From assembly GCA_963695095.1 (NCBI GenBank), contig CAVOFT010000001.1:3424001-3488000 (forward strand): a stretch of DNA of 64,000 bases, in the 5' to 3' direction. The notes under the pieces are model-generated. The model saw only the letters and a program-made list of their open reading frames with translations. It made no database searches and was not told the DNA's origin. A program made the translations under genes and the position numbers. This document shows positions 30,915 through 41,071 of this stretch, one piece after another (within the stretch, counting starts at the first letter, position 1; the number at the start of each line of letters is the position of its first letter). This DNA is from an uncultured bacterium (GTDB lineage Bacteria > Krumholzibacteriota > Krumholzibacteriia > JACNKJ01).

Positions 30915-32640
30915 CGCGAATCACCACCGCCTTGCCGCTCGTGCCGTCCACCTTGATGCCCAGAGGGCTCGCCGTGCGCACCCAGCGGAGGTAAGCCGTC
31001 TCCTCGACGGCGGGCCGCGCGTTCAGCCACGCCCAGTCGATGGCGGGCGAGGCGCCGTGCGGAACGAAGAGGTACTTCACCTCAAAGCTGATCAGATTGT
31101 GGAAGAAATGCGAGCCCTGACTCATGTCCGGGGCGACCTCCGGCAGCGTGGCCTCCACGATGACGCGGGCGCCGCCGATCTGGGCCCAGTCCACGGGCAC
31201 GCCCAGCCACTCGTCCGAGGTGCCCCAGCGGCCGAAACCGATGAGCAGGTAGGGCCGGCCCGCCTCCTGGAGGCGGCGATTGACGCCCTCCAGCTCGACG
31301 GCCATCTGCCGGGTGCGCGCCGTGTCGAAGGCCTCGGGCTTGAGGTAGACGATGTCGCTGATGCCCTCCACCTGCCCGTTGCCGAGCGCGGTCGTGGAGG
31401 CGAGCAGCAGGTCTGCGCGCGCGAACTCGCCCTCGTCGACGCTGACCCGCTCGCCGGCCACCATCATCGGCCGCAGCTGCAGGAAACCGAAGCGGGCCGG
31501 CTCGCGCCGCTTCGGATCGAGGGCCAGCGCGAACTCGATCTCCACCTCGGCGGCCAGGGCCTCGCGCGAGAGCTCGAGCAGGCGGCGGAGGAGATCGTTG
31601 AGGGGCAGGCCCCCGTAGCGCAGGATGGGCGCGAAGTCGAGCACGCGCGGGCCGCCGGCCGCGATGCCCGGGCGCAGGCGGCCGGCCTCGCCGTCGAAGG
31701 TAGAGGCGGTCAGGCCGAGCTGGCCGTCGGCCTCGGCCACTTCCAGCTCGGCTTGCACGAGGTACTCAGTCTCACGCAGGGGATCGGGCAAGGGCGTGGG
31801 CCCCATGTTGACGGCCCAGAAGCCGGTCTGCGTGTTCTTGAGCAGGTCGCCCAGGTTGTTGAAGGGCTGGGGGCTGGCCGGATAGGCCGGCGAATAGCTC
31901 CAGGCGCGCCCGCCGCCCACGATCTGGCAGCCGAGGCCGAGAGCGAGGCTGACGACGCCATCGGCCGCGCGGCCATGGCCGAAGGGGTAGTGGTTGTGCG
32001 AGCGTGCCACCCCGGAGAGCGTCGGGTAGAAGCGCTCGCCGTGGCGCGCGCCGACCACGGCCTGGGCCACGACGGCCATCTTCTCGGCGCCGGGATCGGC
32101 GCCCACGCGCGCGGCGTAGCGCCTCGCCTGGCTGAAGAAGGTGGAGGCCCAGACCAGCTTGATCCCCTCGGCGAGCTGGCGAAAGCGCGCGGCGGCATCC
32201 ACCTGGTGGCCGGGGATCATCTTCGTGCCGTAGACGCCGGCGAAGGGATGGCTGAGGGCATCCTCGAGCAGGCTGGACGAGCGCAAGGCCAGGGGCTGAT
32301 GCACCAGCTCGGCCAGAGCGCGCAGGTCCCCCGCGAAGGCGGCGGGCAGGGCGGCCTGCTGGAAGGCGAGGGCGAGGCGCTCGTCCGGCGGCGCCTCGGC
32401 GATCAGCGCGGCGAGGTCATTCTCCGCGATGAAGCGATCGAAGAGCTCCGTGCTGAGCACGACCAGCGGCGGCACGCCCACGGCGATCTCCGGGAACTCC
32501 TCGGCATCGATTCGGCTGAGGATCTGCTCCCGGATCAGCGCCAGGCCGGCGGCCTTGCCGCCCAGGGCGCCGTCGCCGATCACGGTGAAGGCGTCCTCGC
32601 CCTCGCCGAAGCGGCGCCGGAAGCCGGGCAGACTCGCCAT
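30898..32640 (-). CDS. PEP-synthase/PPDK N-terminal domain protein (second paralog)
   Basis: LGGKAAGL, LRSSSLLED, FAGVY, VEIEFA, LQLRP, GFGRWGT, SQGSHFFHN; ATG at 32640. Confidence 0.85.
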   Translation of the reverse strand: MASLPGFRRRFGEGEDAFTVIGDGALGGKAAGLALIREQILSRIDAEEFPEIAVGVPPLVVLSTELFDRFIAENDLAALIAEAPPDERLALAFQQAALPAAFAGDLRALAELVHQPLALRSSSLLEDALSHPFAGVYGTKMIPGHQVDAAARFRQLAEGIKLVWASTFFSQARRYAARVGADPGAEKMAVVAQAVVGARHGERFYPTLSGVARSHNHYPFGHGRAADGVVSLALGLGCQIVGGGRAWSYSPAYPASPQPFNNLGDLLKNTQTGFWAVNMGPTPLPDPLRETEYLVQAELEVAEADGQLGLTASTFDGEAGRLRPGIAAGGPRVLDFAPILRYGGLPLNDLLRRLLELSREALAAEVEIEFALALDPKRREPARFGFLQLRPMMVAGERVSVDEGEFARADLLLASTTALGNGQVEGISDIVYLKPEAFDTARTRQMAVELEGVNRRLQEAGRPYLLIGFGRWGTSDEWLGVPVDWAQIGGARVIVEATLPEVAPDMSQGSHFFHNLISFEVKYLFVPHGASPAIDWAWLNARPAVEETAYLRWVRTASPLGIKVDGTSGKAVVIRDAREG

Positions 32641-32666
32641 GGATCGCGCCCCCTCTCGCTCGGCCC

Positions 32667-33944
32667 CTAGATCCAGCGGCGGCGCTGGCAGGCCGTCGCC
32701 ACGCGCTCGACGGCCAGGAGCAGGGCGGCCTCGCGCAGGCTGAGCCCCCGCCTCGCCGCCAGCGCCTGGATGCCCTGGTAGGCCTCGGTGAGCTTGAGGT
32801 CCAGGCGGCCGAGCACCTCGTCCAGCTCCCAGGGGTAGTTGGTCTCCCCCTGCACTTGCTCGAAGTAGCTGCAGAGGAGCCCGCCGGCGCCCGCCAGCAG
32901 GGCGGGCAGTTCCCCGATTCCCCGCGCCTGGAGCGCCTCGGCGGCGCCGGTCTCGAGCGCGCCACTGGCGCCTTCGGCCACCAGGCGCAACGCGGGATGC
33001 ATCCGCGCCACCGCCGCCGGTCCGATCTGGCCCTCCATCGCGGCGGGGATGAGGATCTCCACCTCCTGCGCCAGCCAGTCCTCGCCCGGCAGCACCGCGT
33101 AGCCCCGCGCCGCGGCGGCGGCCGGGTCGATGCCGCCGTAGCGATCGGCGATCGGCGCCAGCTCGGCGAGCAGGATGCCGCCGGGCTTCGCGTAGGCCCG
33201 CGCGCAGCCGGCCGCCTGGTCCCAGCTCGCCACGCAGCTCACGGTGCCGCCGAGCTGCGTGAAGAGGGCGATGGCGTGCCGCGCCACGCTGCCGAAGCCC
33301 TGGACGCTGGCGCGGGTCGCGTCCAGGCGCAGGCCCTGCTCCCGCAGCGCCTCGCGGATCAGGTAGACAAGCCCGTAGCCGCCGGCCTCGACATGTCCCC
33401 GCGAGCCGCCCAGGCCGAGGCCCTTGCCGGCGAAGGCGCCGGGCGCATGCAGCCCGAGCAGGCGCTCGTGCTCGTCCAGGGCCCACTGCAGCTCGCGCTC
33501 GCCGGCCATCAGCTCGGGGCCCAGCACCAGGCGGCGCCCGCCCAGGCTGGACTGGACCTGGCGCACCCAGGCGCGGCAGATGGCCTCCAGCTCGCGGTCG
33601 CTGTAACCGTGCGGATCGCAGATGACGCCGCCGGCGCAGCCGCCGAGCGGCAGGTCCATGGCCGCCGCCTGCCAGCTGCGGCCCATGGCGAGGGCGCACA
33701 CCCGATCGGCGCTTTCCTGGGGATGGAAGCGCAGGCCGCCCTTTGCCGGACCGAGCGCGTCGTTGTGCAGGATGCTGAAGCCGCTGAAGACCTGCATGCG
33801 CCCGTCGTCCAGGCGCAGGCTGAAGCGAACGTGCAATTCGCGCTGGGGCAGGCGGAGGAACTCGGCCGCGGCCTCGCCGAGACCAAGGGCGCGGACGGCC
33901 GCGTCGAGCTCGGCCTGGGCCTGAAGCAGGGCACTGGGCTGCAC
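32667..33944 (-). CDS. Glutamate dehydrogenase-like protein lacking catalytic residues
   Basis: Full-length GDH fold with GPAKGG and GFGSV retained, but MTWK>RSWQ, GGGKGG>GGCAGG, PAPD>LGPE; GTG start after GGGAGG. Confidence 0.85.
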   Translation of the reverse strand: MQPSALLQAQAELDAAVRALGLGEAAAEFLRLPQRELHVRFSLRLDDGRMQVFSGFSILHNDALGPAKGGLRFHPQESADRVCALAMGRSWQAAAMDLPLGGCAGGVICDPHGYSDRELEAICRAWVRQVQSSLGGRRLVLGPELMAGERELQWALDEHERLLGLHAPGAFAGKGLGLGGSRGHVEAGGYGLVYLIREALREQGLRLDATRASVQGFGSVARHAIALFTQLGGTVSCVASWDQAAGCARAYAKPGGILLAELAPIADRYGGIDPAAAAARGYAVLPGEDWLAQEVEILIPAAMEGQIGPAAVARMHPALRLVAEGASGALETGAAEALQARGIGELPALLAGAGGLLCSYFEQVQGETNYPWELDEVLGRLDLKLTEAYQGIQALAARRGLSLREAALLLAVERVATACQRRRWI

Positions 33945-34183
33945 GCCGTCCTCCCTTGCCGGGTCCGTGTCACGCCAGAAGGTCATCAGGAATCCCGGCT
34001 CCTGCAAGCCGAAACGGCGCCCTGGCCACCGCTTTCGCCGGCCAGCGCCCCGCTCGGCCCCGCCGGGTGGCGGATCCGCCGCTTGCCGGCCCCGGCCCCG
34101 GCGTGGGAGTTGGCCCCAGCGCGCCCAGGCGCTATCATGCGCTGCCACCCGCCGCGGCAGCGCGGCTTGCCCCGGAGCCAGGA

Positions 34184-35596
34184 CTGAACCCCTCGCTGGA
34201 AGCTCGTTTCGCCGACGCCCTCGGCGCCCTCCTGCCCCCCGGCGCAGGGCGGCTGCTCCTGGCCTGCTCGGGCGGCAGCGACAGCAGCGCCCTGGCCGCG
34301 CTCACGGCCGCGGCCGCGCCCGCCCTTGGCCTCAGCGCCGACATCGCCCACTGCGACCACGGGCTGCGCGAGGGCTCGGCCGCCGAGGCCGTCAGCGTGC
34401 GCGCGCTGGGCGCCCGGCTCGGTTTGCCCGTGCACGCGCTCACGCTCGAGATCCCCGCGACCGGCAACCGGGAGGCTGCCGCCCGCCGCGCGCGCTATGC
34501 GGCCCTCGGCGACCTGGCAGCACGGGTCGGCGTCCAGGCCCTGCTCACCGGACACACGGCGGACGACCGAGCGGAAACCCTGTGGCTCTGGCTGCTGCGC
34601 GGCACGGGACCGGCGGGCCTCAGTCCCCTGCCGGCCTCGCGCCCCCTGCGCCCGGGTTCCTCGCTGCTCGTCCTGCGCCCGCTGCTCGGCTTCCGGCGCG
34701 CGGAGCTGCAGGACTACCTGCGCGAGCGGGATCTCCCCTGGCTCGAGGATCCCAGCAACGCCGATCTCTCCCTGCGCCGCAACCGCGTGCGGCATCGCCT
34801 GCTGCCCGCCCTCGCCGCCGACTACGGCATCGACCCCACCGGCAACGCCCTCGGCCTCGCCGAGCAGATGGGCGAGCTGATCGCCTTCCTGGACGCCGAG
34901 CTGGCCGCGCGGGGCCTCGGCCCGGAGGTCCTCGCCGGCCGCAGCTGGGACCGACAGCTCCTGGCCTCCCAGCCCCCCGTGCTCGCCCGGCGCTGTCTCG
35001 GCGAGTTGCTGGCGCGGCACGGCCTTCTTCGCGGCTGGGCCGTCGAGCGGCTGCTCCAGCACCTGAAGACCCCGGCCATGCGCGGCATCGTCGAGCTGGG
35101 GGAGGGCTGGCAGATCGACTTCGCCGAGAAGACGCTGGCTCTGGAGCAGCCGGGGAAGCCGGTGCCCGCCGCCGGCTCGCCGCCCCAGCTCGAGCCTGCC
35201 GGGGACGGCACTCTCCTGCCCCCCGACGAGGGCGCCCGCCTGCCCCTGGGCGGCGGCTGGACCCTCGTGATCGCGCGACGCCAGGGCAACCCCGGTCTGC
35301 CTGCGGGTCCGAACGCCGCCGTCTTCGACGCCGACGCGCTGGCCGAGCCCCTGCGGCTGGAGCGCCCGCGGCGGGGCCTGCGCATCCGGCCTCTGGGCCT
35401 GGGCGGCAGCCGCCTGCTCTCCGACCTGTTCGTGGATCGCAAGGTGCCGCGTGCCCTCCGGGCCAGCTGGCCCCTGCTCGTGGACGCCCGGGGCGAGCTG
35501 CTATGGGTTCCCGGCCTCGCTCGCGGCGCCTCAGCGCCGCTGGAGCCGCAAACCAAGCGCTGCCTTTGTCTGGACCTGGAGCCGCCCTGTGCCTAG
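34184..35596 (+). CDS. tilS: tRNA(Ile)-lysidine synthetase (start uncertain)
   Basis: SGGSDS, DHGLR, GHTADDRAET, RPLL, EDPSN, RNRVRH, C-terminal TilS domain. Confidence 0.92.
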   Translation: MNPSLEARFADALGALLPPGAGRLLLACSGGSDSSALAALTAAAAPALGLSADIAHCDHGLREGSAAEAVSVRALGARLGLPVHALTLEIPATGNREAAARRARYAALGDLAARVGVQALLTGHTADDRAETLWLWLLRGTGPAGLSPLPASRPLRPGSSLLVLRPLLGFRRAELQDYLRERDLPWLEDPSNADLSLRRNRVRHRLLPALAADYGIDPTGNALGLAEQMGELIAFLDAELAARGLGPEVLAGRSWDRQLLASQPPVLARRCLGELLARHGLLRGWAVERLLQHLKTPAMRGIVELGEGWQIDFAEKTLALEQPGKPVPAAGSPPQLEPAGDGTLLPPDEGARLPLGGGWTLVIARRQGNPGLPAGPNAAVFDADALAEPLRLERPRRGLRIRPLGLGGSRLLSDLFVDRKVPRALRASWPLLVDARGELLWVPGLARGASAPLEPQTKRCLCLDLEPPCA

Positions 35597-35666
35597 TATG
35601 TCGCGGATGGTCGGGGCAGAAACCCCGACCGCGGGGAGAGCCATGCCCAGGGTGGAGGAGAGTCGC

Positions 35667-36203
35667 TTGGTCGACGAGTACAAGGTTGCGCGCATCCTGC
35701 TCACGGAGCAGCAGATCCGCGCGCGCGTCGAGGCGCTGGGGGCGGAGCTGGCCCGGCGCTACCAGGGCCGGCGGCCGATCCTGGTCACCCTGCTCCGGGG
35801 CGGTTTCATCTTCCTGGCCGACCTGACCCGGGCCATGCCCATCCCGCACGAGGTGGACTTCATGCTCGTGCGCAGTTATGAAGGCAGCAGCACCAGCGGC
35901 AGCGTGCAGATCCTCCAGGATCTGAACCTGAACATCGAAGGCCGGCACGTGGTGCTGGTCGAGGACATCGTCGACACGGGGCTCACCCTGGCCTACATCC
36001 GCGAGCACCTGACCCTGCGGGAGCCGGCCAGCCTCATCGTCTGCTCCCTGCTGGACAAGCACGCGGCCCGCCAGATCGAGGTGCCCATCGAGATGGTCGG
36101 CTTTCGCGTCGAGAACGAGTTCGTCGTCGGCTACGGCCTGGACTACAACCAGCTCTACCGGAATCTTCCCTACCTGGCCGTGATCGACCCCGAGCAGGCC
36201 TGA
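35667..36203 (+). CDS. hpt: Hypoxanthine phosphoribosyltransferase
   Basis: LLRGGFIFLADL, VEDIVDTGLTL, FVVGYGLDY; TTG start after GGAGG (alternative ATG at 35643). Confidence 0.95.
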   Translation: MVDEYKVARILLTEQQIRARVEALGAELARRYQGRRPILVTLLRGGFIFLADLTRAMPIPHEVDFMLVRSYEGSSTSGSVQILQDLNLNIEGRHVVLVEDIVDTGLTLAYIREHLTLREPASLIVCSLLDKHAARQIEVPIEMVGFRVENEFVVGYGLDYNQLYRNLPYLAVIDPEQA

Positions 36204-36248
36204 GCGCGGCGCCCCGTCCCGCCCCCGCGCCCGTCAGAAAGGACGTCG

Positions 36249-38354
<2,106 letters not shown>

Positions 38355-38355
38355 G

Positions 38356-39615
38356 GTGGGCGCGGCAGGCGGCAGCGCTGCGGGCAGCGGCAGCCCTCGC
38401 CTGCTGCAGGTGGCCGCGGGTGAACTGCGCACGCTGCTCGCCGCCGCGGGCGTGGACGCCTACGGCGCCGCCCTGATGGCGCGCAAGGCCGAGTCCCTCG
38501 TCGTGCGCGTCGACAACCTGCGCGCGCCGGCCGCCAACATCCTCAAGCAGGAGCTGCTCGCCCTCGGCGCCGACTGCGCCACGCACCGCGAGACCATCCT
38601 CGGCGGGCCCGAGCGCTCGAGCGCCCACCTCATCGGCACCGAACGGCAGCTCGCGAAGCTGCCCGAGCGCCTGAAGCCCCAGCCCTTCGGCCTGCGCGCC
38701 CTCGGCGAGGACCTCGCCGCCCTGCTCGCTCGCCGGCGCCGGCCGCCGAAAGCCTTGACCCTGCCGCAGGGCGCCCTTAGTTTCGAGGCCGCGCCGCTGC
38801 TGATGGGCATTCTCAACGTGACGCCGGACAGCTTCTCCGATGGCGGCAAGTGGGCGGACCCGGACCGCGCCGTCGAGCAGGGCCTGCGCCTCGTCGCCGA
38901 AGGCGCCGGCCTGCTCGACATCGGCGGCGAATCGACGCGGCCGGGCGCCGCGCCCGTCTCCGCGGACGAGGAGCGGCGGCGCGTGCTGCCGGTGCTGCGC
39001 GGACTGGCCCGGCAAGCGGGGGTGCCCCTGGCCGTGGACACGCGCAAGGCCGCCGTCGCCGGCGAGGCCCTGGCGGCCGGGGCGAGCATCGTCAACGATG
39101 TCTCGGCGCTGGCGGATCCGGCGATGGCGCCGCTGGTGGCGCAGAGCGGCGCGGCCCTGGTGCTGATGCACATGCAGGGCGAGCCGAACAGCATGCAGGC
39201 GGATCCGCGCTACGAGGACGCCGTCGACGAGATCTACCGCTGGCTTGAGACGAGGCTGGCCGCCGCGCGCCAGGCCGGCATCGGGGAGGATCGCTTGGTC
39301 GTCGATCCGGGCATCGGCTTCGGCAAGCGCCTGGAGGACAACACGGCCCTCCTGCGCCGGCTGGAGGAATTCCACAGCCTGGGCGTGCCGCTCCTGGTGG
39401 GCGCGAGCCGGAAGTCCTTCCTCGGCCGGCTGATGGACGAGCCGGACCCGGCCCGGCGCCTGGAAGGCAGTCTGGCCGCGGCGGCACGGGCGGCCCAGGC
39501 CGGCGCCCAGCTGCTGCGCGTGCACGACGTGGCGGCGACGCGCCGCTTCCTGGCGGCCTGGGCGCCGCTCTGCCGGCCCGCCGCCACGGCGGCCACTGAG
39601 GACGAGGTCCAGTGA
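38356..39615 (+). CDS. folP: Dihydropteroate synthase with N-terminal extension
   Basis: MGILNVTPDSFSDGG, DIGGESTRPGA, DPGIGFGK, SRKSF, RVHDV; start approximate. Confidence 0.93.
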   Translation: MGAAGGSAAGSGSPRLLQVAAGELRTLLAAAGVDAYGAALMARKAESLVVRVDNLRAPAANILKQELLALGADCATHRETILGGPERSSAHLIGTERQLAKLPERLKPQPFGLRALGEDLAALLARRRRPPKALTLPQGALSFEAAPLLMGILNVTPDSFSDGGKWADPDRAVEQGLRLVAEGAGLLDIGGESTRPGAAPVSADEERRRVLPVLRGLARQAGVPLAVDTRKAAVAGEALAAGASIVNDVSALADPAMAPLVAQSGAALVLMHMQGEPNSMQADPRYEDAVDEIYRWLETRLAAARQAGIGEDRLVVDPGIGFGKRLEDNTALLRRLEEFHSLGVPLLVGASRKSFLGRLMDEPDPARRLEGSLAAAARAAQAGAQLLRVHDVAATRRFLAAWAPLCRPAATAATEDEVQ

Positions 39616-40388
39616 ACGATCTGCTCTTCACCGCCCTCAACGTGCTGGACATCCTCGTGGTGGCCTTTCTCTTCTACCGCCTCTACGTGCTGGTCCACGG
39701 CACGCGCGCGGCGCTCATGCTCAACGGCTTCCTGTTCATTCTGGTGGCCGGATTGCTCGCGCAATGGATCGGCCTGACCACCTTCAACTGGATCCTGGAC
39801 AACCTGCGCACGGTCTGGGTGATCGCCTTCATCATCCTGTTCCAGCACGAGCTGCGCAGCGCGCTGGCCCAGCTCGGGCGAAACCGCATCGTCAATCTGT
39901 TCCTGAAGGTCGAAAAGGACAGCGGCTACATCCAAGAAGTGACGCGCGCCGTCGAGGGCCTGGCGCGCGCGGGTCTGGGCGCGCTGATCGTCTTCGAGCG
40001 CGAGATGGGCCTGCGCAACTACGCCGAGAACGGGGTGATCATCAGCGCGGCGATCAGCGCCGATCTCATCGAGACCATCTTCACGCCGCCCTCGCCGCTG
40101 CACGACGGCGCCGTCATCATCAACGAGGGCAACCTGGTGGCGGCCCGGGTCATCCTGCCCCTCTCGCAGGACCAGAACCTGAGCCGCGTGCTCGGCACGC
40201 GGCACCGTGCCGCCGTCGGCATCAGCGAGGAGACGGACGCTCTCGTCGTGGTGGTGAGCGAGGAGACGCGCACCATCAGCGTCGCCGAGGGCGGCCGGCT
40301 CGAGCGCGATCTCGACGTGGCCGCCCTGCGCAAGCTGCTGATCGCCCGCCTGCGCGCCGGCGGCGGAGAGCGGGTTGCCGCGGCCTGA
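39612..40388 (+). CDS. cdaA: Membrane diadenylate cyclase (c-di-AMP synthase)
   Basis: 3 TM helices, FQHELRSAL, LHDGA, GTRHRAA, VSEET. Confidence 0.95.
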   Translation: MNDLLFTALNVLDILVVAFLFYRLYVLVHGTRAALMLNGFLFILVAGLLAQWIGLTTFNWILDNLRTVWVIAFIILFQHELRSALAQLGRNRIVNLFLKVEKDSGYIQEVTRAVEGLARAGLGALIVFEREMGLRNYAENGVIISAAISADLIETIFTPPSPLHDGAVIINEGNLVAARVILPLSQDQNLSRVLGTRHRAAVGISEETDALVVVVSEETRTISVAEGGRLERDLDVAALRKLLIARLRAGGGERVAAA

Positions 40389-40404
40389 GCTACAGAGCTC
40401 CGAA

Positions 40405-40801
40405 AAGTGCCGGATCCGGCGAGGTGACGACACCCCCACGCGGACGGGCGCGGACGGCAGCGGTCCGGCCCCGATGGCGGCGGGCTCACGGTGCCTCGCG
40501 CTGCTGCGACGTCCGGTAGCCACCGGTCCCCCACGCCGCGTCGCAAGCGCGATGGCCCGTTCCCGAGGGTCGAGCCCGCCGGCCCGGCGGCGGCGCCGCC
40601 ACGCCTGCAAGGCGACTCCTCCCAGATCACCCTGCACGATGGCCGCTCGCCCGCCGGACCCGGCGAAACGCAAGTAGAGGGGCGGACCGGCGGCGGGCCC
40701 GCTGCGAAGCGGGCCGCGAGCCGCCCGTCCGGAGGAGAGTGGCCAGGCCGCGAGCCGCGCTGCGAAGTGCCTGCTTTCTGCCGGCGCCTGGACCCCGGTC
40801 G
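40405..40801 (+). ncRNA. Candidate large structured ncRNA of unknown class
   Basis: Gene-free gap with nested long-range helices and GNRA-capped hairpins on the + strand; see findings. Confidence 0.4.
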
Positions 40802-40977
40802 CCCTCCACGCGCGGGCCATTGCAGGCGCTGGGCCAGCGGGCGCCGCCCCGCCAGCGCGCGGCGGGACAGCGCCTTGCGCCTGCCGCCGTGCGCCGGGCC
40901 CCACGGCTACGACAACGGCGGGGCCCGCGCCGGCGCCAAGCCTGTCCACGTCGGTGGCGCCGGAGCGGGCAAGGGGC

Positions 40978-41006
40978 TTGAGTCCGCCCGGCCGAGGCGC
41001 TAGGCT
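40978..41006 (+). promoter_or_regulatory. Sigma70-like promoter of the Kelch lipoprotein gene
   Basis: TTGAGT-17 nt-TAGGCT. Confidence 0.45.
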
Positions 41007-41071
41007 GTGCGCCTGCCCCGGCCCGGCTGCCGTCCCGCGGAAGCGACGGCGCGACCATTCCAGAGGTTCCC

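Noticed and set aside
26797..33699. Very long overlapping ORFs (1124 aa; N-terminal part of the 933-aa ORF) and the many antisense ORFs across the window
   Set aside because: Shadow frames expected at this GC content; they overlap well-supported genes and lack motifs.
40405..40810. RNase P RNA, tmRNA, SRP RNA, c-di-AMP or cobalamin riboswitch, hammerhead or twister ribozyme
   Set aside because: Only fragmentary resemblance; hallmark motifs (GAGGAAAGUCC, tRNA-like ends, CUGAUGA core before stem II, GGGAA B12 box) were not found. A passing resemblance to OLE RNA could not be substantiated.
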